A stretch of 64,000 nt of DNA from the human T2T-CHM13v2.0 reference genome, Homo sapiens (GCF_009914755.1 NC_060934.1), one strand, 5' to 3'; numbered from the stretch's first letter, positions 46,440 to 62,738 are shown. Notes: generated by a model not told the origin, from the letters alone. Program-made: numbers and translations.

Positions 46440-46990
46440 AAGCCAGAAACGCACCTACAGAGGGAGAGAACGACATGAGAGGGGACCGGAGTTCTCAGGG
46501 AGGAGGGAAGCCTGGCTCCGCATCCCAGAGCTGCCAGGGACCCGGAGCAGAAGGAGGAGGCGGGGAGGACAGGGGCGCCGACGGAGACAGGCGATCCCTC
46601 GGAAAATCCTAAAAGCCAGTGAAGCGTGGGCTCTGGACGGAAACAGAAGGTCAGGGCCGTGGTTCACGCCGTGGGAAACCGCAGCCAGTGATAAGCTGGG
46701 AAGCCACAGGGGCTGGCAGCTGCAGTCGGAACGAAGCGGCTGGAAGCTCCAAACGGGAGCTCTTCCCAGCTCGCTTTCCACTTCGACGGCACCGTTCAAA
46801 GCTCTGCTCAGACACTGGGACAAATAAATGACAGGGCTCCGAAAAGAGGGTGAAGCTCCTCCGCGCCCGGCTTTTCCCTCCGCAGAGCCTGGGCTCCCCG
46901 CCTCGCGCCGCCCCTGACCGTGGCAGGCTCGGTTCCCTCCTCGCTCTGCATCCTTTGATTCACGTACGGCCCCGTTTCCAATAACCCTTT
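46440..46990. promoter_or_regulatory. CpG island / putative promoter or enhancer
   Basis: About 40 CpGs in 540 bp by hand count, GC above 60%, non-repetitive, GC boxes at 46897-46914. Confidence 0.75.
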
Positions 46991-47612
46991 CCAGGAAGCC
47001 AGAGAGAGAAAGCGCCCAGCTCCCGGCCTGCAGAGTGGGGAGGGAAGAAGGAAATGATTGTGTTGACTTCATCTGGAAGCAGGAAAATGCTTCTCTCCCT
47101 CCTTCTTCGCCAAGCCAAGAAATAGATCCTTTACCAGAAAGCCATGTGGCCACATGGCCACCACTTGCAGAGGGGCTGGGTGAGGAGGAGGTGCTTTGCC
47201 AACGTCTCAGCTGACAGCAAAGGCCAGTGGCTCATCAGTGAGAACATCATACCTCTGTCAGAGGGGAGACCCTGAGCAGCTCCCGACACCCACACAGGGC
47301 TAGGAATTGACGGTGGCTTAGGGTACACGTAAGAGGAACAGCATCCACCACAGGACAGTCCCTTCCTCGCGTACCACCCGGGATCCCTGCTCCCTGTCAT
47401 CGCCATACTGTGTTCTCTCAGACTGTAAGGTCCTTGTCCTGTCTCCCTCACATGGATCCTTTCCAGACCACGGGCACTCTCTCAGGTCAGCAGGTCCAGC
47501 TGCAATCTGGAATCAGCATCTACCGTGTGGAAATGGGAGAGGGGACTTGGTTCTTAAACCAGGGGCCTTGGCATTAGCTACCTTTGGTTTTTCTCCAGAA
47601 ATAAGAATGATT

Positions 47613-47923
<311 letters not shown>

Positions 47924-48309
47924 TTAGATAATTATAAACAATGGGGGGGGGGGGGTAGTTTTGTCGTAGTTAGCAAATTACATTGAATGTAACAAAATCT
48001 TAAACCATAAAGCAAAACGTGCTGGGTTTCTGCTTCCTGTGGTGACATGACATGAAAGCCCAGCTCTTTTTCCAGGAGGACACTTCTCTGTTTACAAGAC
48101 TGCTTGAGCAATCCCATTATCAACTCTCTCCAGAGAGGATACAGCTGAGGCAGCTCAAATTCAGAACCTTATTTTTAAAGAACTAAAAAAAAATTAGATC
48201 CTTTGATAAGATCACTCAAGTATAGTCCAAACTAGCCTCCCAAATTTTGGAGTGCCAGCAATTATGTTCAATATCTCCCCATCTGCCTCCCCCCAAAAGA
48301 ACCAATTAA

Positions 48310-48643
<334 letters not shown>

Positions 48644-49148
48644 GATTTCTGAAATTAAGAAGTTAAAGATTTAGGTAGCAGTGGAGTTGTTTGCCCGTTT
48701 GGGAGTGGGGAGGTTGAGACGTGCATCTGGCTGATGTGCGGCAGGAAGGTGGCATCACAGAACACCGGGCACATCCTCTCTAACAAGTGCTCTGCAAAAT
48801 GCCTGCAAGGACGTTGCCCTTTCTTCCAAATGTCTGGCTCTGAAAGACTTAGAAATAAAATTTTCAAAGGTTGGAAAGCTTTTGATATTTTCTGCATTAG
48901 GAGTTTGGACCACAGTAAAATCATACTCATCATATGTTGGATTAAGCTAGTGCCTGCCATCCAGGGTCGTAGACTCTTCTAGGGGTTGAGTATCTGCCTT
49001 TCACCTGACACTGGAAAGACAAGGACTGAAAAAAGCTGGAGTTACAGGAGAGACCTCCCAGGATCCTGCAGACAGGGCAGGATGATGAGAAGGAAAGCGT
49101 GTCGTTCCCAGAACTTGTCTGTGAAGATTGGGTGGTTTAATAATATTC

Positions 49149-49167
49149 ATCCGCCATCTAGTGGCAT
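49149..49167 (-). promoter_or_regulatory. candidate CTCF motif (reverse)
   Basis: Minus strand reads TGCCACTAGATGGCGG, an exact match to the core consensus. Confidence 0.6.
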
Positions 49168-49698
49168 TTAGAGCATAAACTTAACTCACACATTTTCTAG
49201 GAGCAACTACGTCAGGGAGGCCTAATCTGCTAGACTTAGACTTTATAAATTATTTTTATTTTTTTACTCAAATACATTTTTAAAAATCCATCATTAGGTT
49301 CGTCAGGGAGAAGAATATTAATAAGAACTAACTTTGAATCTGTTTTGGTACATTGGGTGATGACCAGAAACTGCTTTGCCTGATCTTTTGTGGCAGGTGA
49401 CAGCTTGTTTCTTCATACTAATGTCATCTACAGTGCCAAAACTACACGTACACATGTAAGAAAATTCCTTGCCATCTTCAGTGCTGGAGATGAGGAGTTC
49501 CATGATCAGCGCATCACTGTGCCTTTACTATTTGTACTTCTTTTGGAATGCTTTTATAAGGATAAGACCACGTCTTTCATCACATCACACCATTTGCACG
49601 GTTGGTCCTTGCCTAGTGCTCAGGATCTTGCAATGTCCTCAGCCCTTGAAGAACCATGTTCAGGGCTGGGGTTCTGAACTCTCTCCCATTACAATAGC

Positions 49699-50367
49699 TG
49701 TATTAGTCGGTTCTCATGCTGCTAATAAAGACATACCTAAGGCTGGGTAACTTATAAAGGAAAGAGTTTGGCCAGGTGTGGTGGCTCACACTTGGAATCC
49801 CAGCACTTTGGGAGGCTGAGGGTGGATCACAAGGTCAGGAGTTCGAGACCAGCCTGGCCAACATGGTGAAACCCTGTCTCTACTAAAACTACAAAAATTA
49901 GTTGGGTGTGGTGGTGGGTACCTGTAATCCCAGCTACTCAGGAGGCTGAGGCAGGAGAATTACTTGAACCCCGGAGGCGGAGGTTGCAGTGAGCCGAGAT
50001 TGCACCACGGCGCTCTAGCCTGGGTGATGGAGCAAGACTCCATCTTGAAAAAAATAAATAAATAAAAATAAAGGAAAGAGGTTTAATTGACTCACAATTC
50101 CACATGGCTGGGGCGACCTCACAATCATGGCAAAGGAGGAGCAACATCATGTCTCACATGGTGGTAGGCAAGAGAGCGCATGTACAGGGGAACTGCCCTT
50201 TATGAAACCATCAGATCTTGCGAGACTTACTCAGTATCATGAGAACAGCACAGGAAAGCCCCACCCCCATTATTCAGTTACCTCCTACCAGGTCCCTCCC
50301 ACGATACGTGGGGACTGTTACAATTCAAGGTAAGATTTGGGTGGAGACACAGAGCCAAACCATATTA
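49699..50367 (-). mobile_element. THE1-type solo LTR interrupted by an Alu
   Basis: tgtattagtcggttctcatgctgct ... gccaaaccatatta, with 5-bp TSD ATAGC at 49694-49698 and 50368-50372. Confidence 0.92.
49770..50067 (+). mobile_element. AluS (Sg-like) nested in THE1
   Basis: TSD ataaaggaaagag(g)ttt on both sides. Confidence 0.95.
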
Positions 50368-50374
50368 ATAGCTA

Positions 50375-50595
50375 ACGTGTTCAGTTCTGGCACTATGTGA
50401 TCAGGTACAAAATGGGTTTTATCCTCATTATCTCATCTGACTCTCACAACAATATTATGAGGAAGGGGCCTCCTAGCACCCCCATTTTGCATATGAGGAA
50501 AATGAGGCTCAGAAAAGTCAAGCAACTAGATCAAGTGATGGTGGAGCCAGGACTCAAACCAGACAGTCTGATTCCAGAATGTACACTTTTAGCCA
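50375..50595 (-). mobile_element. MIR
   Basis: cccattttgcatatgaggaaaatgaggctcagaaaagtcaagcaact...gagccaggactcaaacc. Confidence 0.8.
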
Positions 50596-50599
50596 TTGC

Positions 50600-50808
50600 A
50601 GCCTTCTCCTCCAAGTGATTCTCCTGCCTCAGCCTCCCCAGTAGCTGGGATTACAGGTGTGTGTCACCACACCCGGCTAATTTTTGTATTTTTAGTAGAT
50701 ACGGGGTTTCACCATGTTGGCCAGGCTGGTCTCGAACTCCTGACCTCGTGATCCACCCGCCTTGGCCTCCCAAAGTGCTGGGATTACAGGTGTGAGCCAC
50801 CGCGCCTG
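50600..50808 (-). mobile_element. AluS, partial
   Basis: Lacks the tail-proximal part of the right arm. Confidence 0.9.
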
Positions 50809-51246
50809 GGGGAAATCATTGTTTTATGGCTCCCATTTTTTAAAGCCACTTAAGGTTTTAATGCTTAATGTCGCTAACTCTGTTACATGTTCTTATCATC
50901 CCAGGGTGCTCTTTGTTTTACATTTATTTTCTTTTTTCTTCTTTTAAGAGTTGTTAAAACATCTGGGTAGTGGAAGTTTTATATTAGCTAAACTAATATA
51001 AATTTATGTACTTAGAGGAAGTACACTCAGCTGAGGATAGAGTGATGACAATGGTCAAAATTAATAAAACTAAGGGGAACATACTGCAGAAAAACTTGTA
51101 CTCATGTCATTTGAGGCTGTTTATAAGATTTTTTTAATTTTCCATTTTAATGATTATGTGCTAATACAAGGCAGTAATTACTTGCATCTCTAACAACTAA
51201 GTCTATAGATTTCTACTTGAATATTTCTTTTTTCCTTCTATGCATC

Positions 51247-51738
51247 TGTGATGGTTAATATTGAGTGTCAACTTGATTGAATTGAAGGATGCATAGTATT
51301 GTTCCTGGGAGTGTCTGTGAGGGTGTTGACAAAGGAGATTCACATTTTGAGTCAGTGGACTGGGAGACGCAGACCCACCTTCAATCTGGGTGGGCACCAT
51401 CTAATCAGCTGCCAGTGCAGCTAGAATAAAACAGGCAGTAGATGGAAAGAGCAGACTTCCTGAGACTTCCAGCCTTCATCTTTCTTCCATGCTGGATGCT
51501 TCCTGCCCTTGCACATCAGACTCCAAGTTATTTAGCTTTTGGATTCTTGGACTTACACTTGTGGTTTGCCAGGGGCTTTCAGGCCTTTGGCCACAGACTG
51601 AAGGCTACACTGTCAGTTTCCCTACTTTTGAAGTTTTGGGACTCAGACTGGCTTCCTTGCATCAATTCTCCTTAATAAACTCCCATTCTTATATACGTCT
51701 ATTCGATTAGACCTGTCCCTCTAGAGAACCCTAATACA
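51247..51738 (+). mobile_element. MLT2A-like HERV-L solo LTR
   Basis: tgtgatggttaatattgagtgtcaacttgattg ... ctctagagaaccctaataca, with 5-bp TSD GCATC at 51242-51246 and 51739-51743. Confidence 0.93.
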
Positions 51739-52963
51739 GCATCTTTCACAGATATTTGATCCATGACAATTAATTGGCTAGTACTTGGCCTTGAAATCTT
51801 GGATCTATATAGTCAATATCTTTACTTTACAATATGTAATGGAATTTTAAAATGATAAACTATAACCCTTTTCCAGCCAATGAACACTGAAGCTCAGAGA
51901 GCTTTTAGTGGGCTCTTGGCAAATGACTCAACCAAAGCAGTTAATGCAAAAAATCTTTCACATCTTATTGTTTTTAGCAAAATGTCTCACCAGGGAACTC
52001 TTCAGTACAGAAAACAAAATTTCTAAAAATATAAAAATTATATTTATAAGATATAATTTACAATATAACTTGAAGCGGTTCCTAAGATAGTGTTGTTTTC
52101 TACTACATATTAATATGTAACATCAGAGCTCTGCTTCCTTTCAGCTGAAATATGACCAAAAATGAAGGGGCAGTTCACTACCAGGACAGTTTTTGTCTTT
52201 GCTTAAAGTTGACGTCTATTCCCATATCCTGCTTGCTAAAAAACCGGCAAAGAGCAAAAAGCGTTCCTTGAGACTCTCACATACCAGCAAGAAATATGTG
52301 CCCAAAAAATTTAAAAGAAAATACATGGCATTTTTTAATATTATAATAATTTGGGCGCAGTATATTCTTTTTCAATGATCTGCAGGGTAAATTATATCTT
52401 GGGCTGCACAAATTAATCTGAACTACCTAGGGAAAATGTGACCAGTACAGAGATCTATTTAATAGTGTTATACGCCTGGATTAATTTTCCTTTGGCACTG
52501 TGTAAATTGATCTTGCAACTGCTTAGACAAATAGTGGTTAGGAGCAAACTGAATAATTTATAACTCATTCACTCATTCAGTAAGAGGTGACTGTGCATTC
52601 TGTTTGTGCCTGGCACTGTGTTAGGGCTGAGGACCCTGGTGACTAGAAATTTCATGTCGTGCCTGAGAGCATAAACCTTACAGTTGGAAAGCCTGAGTTC
52701 AAATTCTGGCTCTCTGGTTAGTAAGCTAGCTGCTTTCTAGCCAAATGACTTCAAACACATTGCTTAATCTTATTTAGCTTGTTCATCTCTGAAATGGGTT
52801 TTTTCTTTTTTGCAAGAATAAAATAAATCAACGTAAGTTATCTAAAACAGTACCTGATTTATAGCTTATGAGCCCAGATCTCGAATCAAATGCTGAGCCC
52901 CTTGTATGCAATCTAAGGAATTAGGGACCTAACTTTATTAAATAACTAAAAATCATTCTTTTT

Positions 52964-53268
52964 GGTCGGGTGCGGTGGCTCATGCCTGTAATCCCAGCAC
53001 TTTGGGAGGCCAAGGCCGGCAGATCACCTGAGGTCAGGAGTTCGAGACCAGCCTGGCCAACATGGTGAAACCCCATCTCTACTAAAAATACAAAAACTAG
53101 CTGGGCCTGGTGACTCACATCTGTACTCCCAGCTACTCAAGAGGCTGAGGCACAAAGATCGCTTGAACCCGAGAGGTGGAGGTTGGAGTGAGCTGAGATC
53201 ACGTCACTGCACTGCAGCCTAGGTGACAAAGTAAGACTCGGTCTCAAAAAATAATAATAAAATGAAAA
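52964..53268 (+). mobile_element. AluS
   Basis: TSD taaaaatcattctttt. Confidence 0.95.
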
Positions 53269-53482
53269 ATAAAAATCATTCTTTTGAAAAAAACTTCCCA
53301 AACCTGCCATTTTCATTAATACAGCTGTGGATTAATATGGCTGGAGAGGAGGCATTGTCTCTGCCCTTATGTATGTCATCAGAAGAGACAGATAAGCGTG
53401 AAATTGCTCCTAGTCCCTTGTCAGGGGGGCATTTGTTTGCTAGTGTTGTCATATTCACTGATTTTTTTTTTAATTAGTTGTT

Positions 53483-53767
53483 GGCCAGACACAGTGGCTC
53501 ATGCCTGTAATCCCAGCACTTTGGGAGGCTGAGGCAGGCGGATCTCAAGGTCAAAAGATCGAGACCATCCTGTTCAACATGGTGAAACCCCATCTCTACT
53601 AAAAATACAAGAATTAGCTGGGTATGGTGGTGCGCACCTGTAGTACCAGCTACTCGGGAGGCTGAGGCTGCCTGAACCCAGGAGGCGGAGGTTGGAGTGA
53701 GCCGAGATCGTGCCACTGCACTCCAGCCTGGCAACAGAGTGAGACTCTGTCTCAAAAAAAAAAAAAA
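53483..53767 (+). mobile_element. AluSc-like
   Basis: agatcgagaccatcctg...caacatgg, flanks aattag(t/c)tgtt. Confidence 0.93.
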
Positions 53768-54467
53768 TTAGCTGTTCAAGGCCATGATTATAACCATGGC
53801 AACTCTGGCCTCACACACATCTCTTAGAGCGGCCCATGAGCCCTCTAGAGCATCCTTTGACGTGGCCGTATTTTGCTCGGCTGATAGATGTCTTCTCAAA
53901 ATGGCCCAGGGTATCCCTTGTTCTATTTACACTATTCTGTTCCATTTCTTCAAGACACAACAATTGCTAACCATCATAATTTCTTTCAACACGTCTCTAT
54001 TTAACTAACTTGCTATGTGGAATGGTCTGAACTCTCCTCATTTTCCCCCGTGGTCTTTGAGAAAACTCTGAGGCTGGAGGATGCTTTGTGGCAGACTGTC
54101 AGAAGAGTCTGGATGTGCTAACCAGGCCCTCTTGAGTCTCTTACTGCAACCCAGGTCCAGATCACTTTGTTGTCATCTTGTTTGTTACCTTATTGACATC
54201 CTGTCCTCATTTTTCTTCTTCCCCACCCACAGCTATGTGCCACCTCCACTGAGGAAAAGCACTGGGCATTTGGAGCTCACGATTTCTTCATACACCCGTG
54301 AGTCACTGAAAGCAATGCGAGGCAGTACTGCACTTGGCAGATGACAATTAGTTTGTCCACTCAATTTTGAAGAGAAAATTACCCTCTTTGGGGAGAAATA
54401 TGTCAAAATAATTTCTCAAACTATTCAGGAGTTACCCTTAACCTGAAGTTAAGTATGGATATAATGA

Positions 54468-54859
<392 letters not shown>

Positions 54860-55454
54860 TGACATTCAAGATTGTTCACAGCCTGACTGTTAATTAGATA
54901 ACTTCCTAAGGTCCCTTCCTTTCCTATAGGTCTTACCATTTCTTGCTAAATATGATAAAGGTTGGCAATGGCAAAACAAATGCCATCTTTTGGTGCCAAG
55001 AACATGATCCAAAGTTCTAGCCAAATGGAACAAACAGGTGAACACGTTCTACACATTCCACGTTACCACCTCTGCAGCAACTTTTGCCCTGAGCAAAAGG
55101 CATGGAGGTTTCTTCCATCTGGACTTCCCCCTCTGATTTTCCTCCTGTATGTTCTATTTCTTCCTATCTGTGAAAGTCCTTCTCAAATGCTGTCTCTTCC
55201 AGCTAAAATCCCACCCCTATCAGTGCCATCTTAGGGCACTGATCTCTTCCCATCTTGTTCCAAGTTATGCACTTATCTCCCAAAGTGCCTTGCACATAAA
55301 TAATGATGTTGTATGAATTTGTTAAATAATAGAATGAGAAGAAATGGTCTTTTTTCATTTTTTAAGCATGAATCTTTTGAGCATCAAACAGCAACCTCTT
55401 GTCTTTGTGCCTTTTCAGAAGGCTGTACAGAGCTCTTCATGCTCAGCTTCAGTA

Positions 55455-56526
<1,072 letters not shown>

Positions 56527-57237
56527 TCCTTCATCTTTAGAGCTTCCTTAGTTCATTTGGTTCCAAGACCTATGGAACCCAAGGGTGATTAGTCCCTGTA
56601 AAGCCAGGAAAAGGCTGGCCTGGTGTAACCTCAGGCAAAACACTTCCTCCTATGAACTTTTTTCTTCATCTTATAATAAGGGGTTGGACCACATCAGTGG
56701 TTGTCAAATACCAGGCTATTGTGAGGTGAAGAAAACAAATACAGTATTTTGTAGAGTTGAAGCCATTCAGTTTAAAAGTTGATTCTTTCTACCTTTGTTT
56801 TCAGTGTTAAAACATCCTGTCGTTTATGAAATAGTGATAGTAAGTGGAAAAAAATTTTCATCCTTACTTAGCAAAATAAAAGCAAGCTCAGAATTTTGTT
56901 TTCAGTTTTCCTATCCTGAAAGTCTGGTCACTCTGGAACTGGATGTTTTCTCTCGAAGGTCGCTCTCATTTCTGACACTGGTCTAGAGGATCTGTTGGTC
57001 TTTGCTTCTTGTCATCCAATTTGAAAGCAGGCAGAAGAAACTCTAGAAAAGGTGATCGCTTCAGAGCACGTGTAGTAAATTCGGGTCTGTCACAGAATAT
57101 CAGCAAGGCTCTGCACAATGATGACTGTCAAAAATATGAAGAGTTTCATATTTTTAAGATACCTTATTAAACTCTAGGGCAACCACAAAAATGTTTTAAA
57201 AAGAGGCATAACTCATAAAGCCATAATGAAAATATAA

Positions 57238-57623
<386 letters not shown>

Positions 57624-57629
57624 AATTTT

Positions 57630-57916
57630 ATTTTTTTGAGGAGTCTCGATCTGTTGCCCAGGGTGGAGTGCAGTGGTGTAATCTCTACTCACTGCAACCT
57701 CCGTCTCCCAGGTTTAAGCGATTCTCGTGCTTCAGCCTTCCAAGTAGCTGGGATTACAGGCTCCCGCCACGATACCCAGCAAATTTTTATATTTTCAGTA
57801 GAGACAGGGTTTCACTATGTTGGCCAAGCTAATCTTGAACTCCTGACCTCAGGTGATCCACCTGCCTTGGCCTCCCAAAATGCTGAGATTACAGGCGTGA
57901 CCCACCGCTCCTGGCC
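57630..57916 (-). mobile_element. AluS (tandem copy 2)
   Basis: Full dimer directly adjacent to copy 1. Confidence 0.95.
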
Positions 57917-58340
57917 TAGCACATGTTTCTTGCTTAGCATAATGGCTGAGTCCAAGTGGCAGCAATGAGTCCATCAAAACACACATCATTTGAGTTAGGA
58001 GCAGTGCTTAAGTTATATGTGTTGCTTTGGAAGCACCACAGAACCTCAGCAAAGTATTGAGGGGAAAGCTTTATTACATTTAAGAGAATGAGAGCGAAGC
58101 ATGTGGCGGGGTGACAGGTATGGAGACGCCGCTGCTTGTCTGGCTGCTCATCTTCATCAGCACCATCTCTGTGTCCCACACAAAGGGTGGCTGGAAATGA
58201 AACATCTAGACCTCCCTCCAAGGGAGGTTCGAGATGCGATTCATGCGAACACCTCCCTTTTGTTGGAATTAGTAAACATCCCAATCCTTACGGGGCTTTT
58301 TCTCTTTTCTTCCCCATTCCTACAAAAAGGTAACTGCCCC

Positions 58341-58346
<6 letters not shown>

Positions 58347-58395
<49 letters not shown>
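58347..58395. repeat. (CA)n microsatellite
   Basis: About 24 CA units after a C run. Confidence 0.97.
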
Positions 58396-58397
<2 letters not shown>

Positions 58398-59289
58398 GTA
58401 TATGATAGAACCAGGCCCTCAGGACAGAAGCTGTGTGAGAATGTCAGACAATTATGAATTTAAAAGCTCCAGCCATCTGAACACTTCCCCTGCTGACTTT
58501 GTGTGGTTGTGCACAAGAGGAAGGGGCTGGGTTGAGAATGAGTAGAACACGCACACAGCATTCTTCCATTCTTCCATTGTACTTATTCTCCAAATGCAGT
58601 GGCTACACCTACCAATCCACTTGTAGAAATGGGATTAGGCTCCAAGTGTTTCTCGGTAGCTGTTGAAAAGTCAAACCAAGGTCTGAAACTGGAATTGGAT
58701 TATAGATCTCAGTTGATGCTGCTCAAAAGAGCGTGGCTCTCTTTCAGCAACACACATCACCTTCTCCCACCTCTTCCCAAACTCAGTCTGTTCCAAAGAA
58801 ATCAGAAAATTGAACAATAGGATCTTTCTAGACAATAAATATATACATACACATACTATCTCCACACTCTCCCCCTTTTACCTTGCTAGAGGGTCAGGCA
58901 TATAGCCCTCTAAAAATCAGGATATGATTCTTAGAATAATAATTTTTAAAGTTAACTATAGCAAAAGTAGTACATACTCGCTGAAAAACTTCCAGTAACA
59001 GAAAAATATAAATTCAAATAGAAAGTCCACCACTCTATAATGTGATTTTCAGGAGAAACCACTGTGGAGTCTGGTATGTATCCATTCAGAACTTTTTCTT
59101 TGCATATACACATGAATGCATATTTAAAGGTATTTTTTCCCTTTGTTGCAAAGTTTATGCTATTAAAGCAACAATTTTTACAGTACACATATATATGCAT
59201 CCTTCAACTTTTTTTAATAATTATTTTTTTAGAAACAGAAATTAGACCTCTATTTTTGAAGATTTAGCTTAATAATATGTCCATGTCGC

Positions 59290-59475
59290 AGAGCTTTGCA
59301 GTTTTCAAAGTTCTTTCCCATGCATTATCCTGTTCACTCCACAGAATGGCTCTGCAAGGTGAGCTTTCTCATCCCCTTTTACAGATGAGAAAACTGAAGC
59401 TCAATGAGGTGGGTGATTTGTAAAAGGTTTCACAAAAAGTGGCAAGGTAGGGTCTTCCAAGTCCAAGTCCAGGGA
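59290..59475 (-). mobile_element. MIR
   Basis: tttacagatgagaaaactgaagctcaatgaggtgggtgatttg. Confidence 0.8.
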
Positions 59476-59612
59476 CCCTTACAGTCCTCTGTTGCCTCCT
59501 CTAGTTGGCTCTGAAGGAGATGGGCAGGAAAGGGAGTCTCTGTTACAGTCATCCACAAGGCAGTGCACGGGAAGTTATGTGTACAGGTAATTTAAAAGCT
59601 TAAGGAACACCT

Positions 59613-59916
59613 GGCTGGCACGATTGCTCACGTCTGTAATCCCAGCACTTTGGGAGGCCGAGGCAGGTGGATAGCTTGAGCCCAGGAGTTCGAGACCAGC
59701 CTGGGCAACATAGAGAAACTCTGTCTCTACGAAAAATACAAAAAAATTAGCTGGGCGTAGTGACACATGCCTATAATCCCAGCTACTGGGAGGCTGAGAG
59801 AGGAGAATCACCTGAGCCTGGTAAGTTGAACCTGCAGTGAGCCCTGACTATGCCACTGTTCTCCAGCCTGGGTAACAGAGTGAGACCCTGTATCAAAAAA
59901 AAAAAAAAAAAAAAAA
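59613..59916 (+). mobile_element. AluJ
   Basis: J-type dimer with intact TSD aaaagcttaaggaacacct. Confidence 0.95.
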
Positions 59917-62738
59917 AAAAGCTTAAGGAACACCTATTCACTGTCCAGACTGTCAAGAAAATTATGATGTGATTTATTACCTATGATTCCCCCTCCAAAC
60001 ACCTTTACAGTTTAAGAGGAAACAAAATGATTGTTTTTATTTCCCTTCTTTGACTGTGGTTAGAGGAAAAGCTAAGTCAAAAGACAATCAAAAGGTGAAA
60101 ATAGAGGCACCAAGTCTCCAACAAAGAGTTTACTAGATCACACGCTCTTATGCATGGGCATCTTCTTTAAACTAATTATTGGTACTTTTGTTAAAAGCAT
60201 ATTAAGCATAGAAAAGGAATCTAAATATGACCTTACCCCACTTCCCAAGGTATTAGAACTTTTGACTTTTGGGAAGCAGCAAAGAATAGCAAAAGGCATC
60301 CATAAAGTGAGTTCAAATTCCAGCTCCACAAATACCTAGCAGTAAGCTCTGGGGTAAATTACTTTGAGCCTCAGTTTCCTACCTCATAGGGTTGTCTGAG
60401 CCTCACTCAAAGCAGTTAATTAGTATTTGTTCTCTGTACCTCCACTAATATGTTTCCTTTAAATGTGTGTTCTTTATCATTTCAAAGGGAAAACATTCTT
60501 AAAATACAAAAGCACTAGAGTAGGCTGCATTTGATTTCTGACCAGAATAGCTGCTAAATACTAGTCTGCTTTCTAAGTAACTATTGCATTAAGTAAACTT
60601 GGAAAATGCATAACAGCACCTCAGGGGAAAAACTTGTCCATGTATGATGATGGAGCTACTTTTCTTACGCTGAGAACAGGTATCCAGAATCACTCGGGGG
60701 CTTTACAACTTCATGGTGGGATGGATCATGCAGACAGCTGCCACCAGGAAGTGAGAACTATGCCCCCCAGATCTCACCTGTATTCGAACTTGATCCTTAC
60801 CCCACTCCATCCTTGCAAAAAACTAGTAAGCTCCCTGCTTTTCATTTCCACAGATTGCAATACTCCATGCCACATATTTATCTGTTAATGAGCATCAGAA
60901 AACAGATTAACCTGGAAAAACGCTTTGGTATACTCTGAATAAGTGTTTCTTAAGATGAACTGGCTCTTTTAAAAGTTCCTAAAAGTCAACTTTAAATTAC
61001 GTAATACATAATTCCACAAAAACCCTGCACCCTCTTCCCCATCCCTCCAACACACATACACACAAGGTTACCATAGCTAGGACTTTAGTGTGTATCTTTC
61101 CAGAACCCCCTCCTTAAAAAAATACATACATATATGTTAAGCTGGTATATCTCTAGGTTGATTTATAATTATAAAGGTACAAAGTGACATGAGGAATCAC
61201 CATGGAACATCTTCCATAAACACGATACATTAGCCCAAAGGCTGCTGGTCCTACTTCATGCGGCACGCCAGCCATCCGATGCGTACGTAAGCCTATCTGT
61301 AACATGGAGCACTCGCATCACCTCAATTGCAATTTGACAAATTTGACAAGGACTCTTGCTGAACTTGATTCCTTTCCCCTTTCATCTCTCACTCACCTGA
61401 CTAACCTGGTAAACAAAAGCCCACTCCAACAGGATAATGGAGGAAACGCAGATACAGCCAAACCAGCTCCGGATGGTGAGAAGTGTTCTGGTTGTCGTTT
61501 AGGGTGGGGTGTTTGTTCTGTGGGTCGAGTGGGCACAGACAAATGGAAAACATTCTTTCCTGCTCTATACCAAGTTGTTGCTGAAATGGGAACTGTATTA
61601 CACCTGTGGGTCCAGTATGATCTTTAAAAATCATCAGCAACATCTTGGGCTTTGACATACAAGTTACTAGTATTAACAACATAAACTTCAGAGCACCTTT
61701 GTGAGATCGGATCATCCAATATCTTGGAAGGCACCTGATACTTCTGCTTCAACTTTTTTTTGGAAGTTGGTGCCTCAGAGCTTAGAAAGCATTTAATCAT
61801 ATCAAAGAAAAACAGTGACAAGCATTTTTAGGCAAGCACATTCCTCCTTTTTTACTCATAAGCTGTGACAAGTTCTTAAGATAGTATTCACTATTTAAAA
61901 TATGATTTCTATGAGAAAGAGTTCGGAATTCCAATTAGAGACACCAGAAACAGACGCTTTGCAGCCTGCTTGTCCCAGCAGGCTCTCTGCACAATTCCCT
62001 CCACCCTGGCCTCAAATTAACACAAAGCAAAACACAAAATCTAGAAACAAGCTAGTTCAGAGTCCAAAGAAGTACACTCCTTTGGTATGGACACCTGGGG
62101 ACCTGGTTTCTGGGGAAGAGATGGCATCGATAGGAGCTCTAGCGGGAGCAGAACCAAGACACAAAGTGTTTCTCCCAGAGGTGGCCAGCCCCACAGCTCC
62201 AGACCTAGAGCAAGGGCAGCAAGCTGGGGGATCTAGGGGGTGTCTTCCCTAGTCAGAACTCACCAAGGGGCCAGACTAAGAACCTTTAGGTAGTGTGGCA
62301 AGTTTAACTGATGTTTCTTGGGATAAGCAAAGTGGGAAGATGCTGAAAACACTCCCTTCACACCCTTGGGGCTTTAGTGGCTAAAAACAAAAAAACTACA
62401 GAAATGGATGATGTGGAAAGCTACTCTAGTATTTAATGTATTTCCTGAGTTAACTGTAACTAGAAGTTAACTATGGACAAGCTTGGTTATTTCAATGGAT
62501 CTTAAACTTTCAACAGAACTTTTGTACTGGGTTAGATGGTAGAGATTCTTCTCTTGAATATAATAGCCTATCCGTTTTTATGGAGTGCAATTAGGGGCAG
62601 GTAGTATGTTAACAAGCCTGGCTGTTGGAAAAAGGCTGGAAATTCCTCAGAAATAAAATATTTCTTAAATATATGCTTCCCTTCACCTTGAGTTTTTTTT
62701 TTTTTTTAAGAATCAAGTCTCTTAAATGTAAGTTAGGG

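Noticed and set aside
46455-47153. Longest ORF (232 aa, minus strand)
   Set aside because: Lies in GC-rich CpG-island sequence that is poor in stop codons, has a non-ATG start, and resembles no protein I know.
61304-61821. Overlapping 65-107 aa ORFs in non-repeat sequence
   Set aside because: No recognisable homology or convincing splice-site pair, and the length is within chance.
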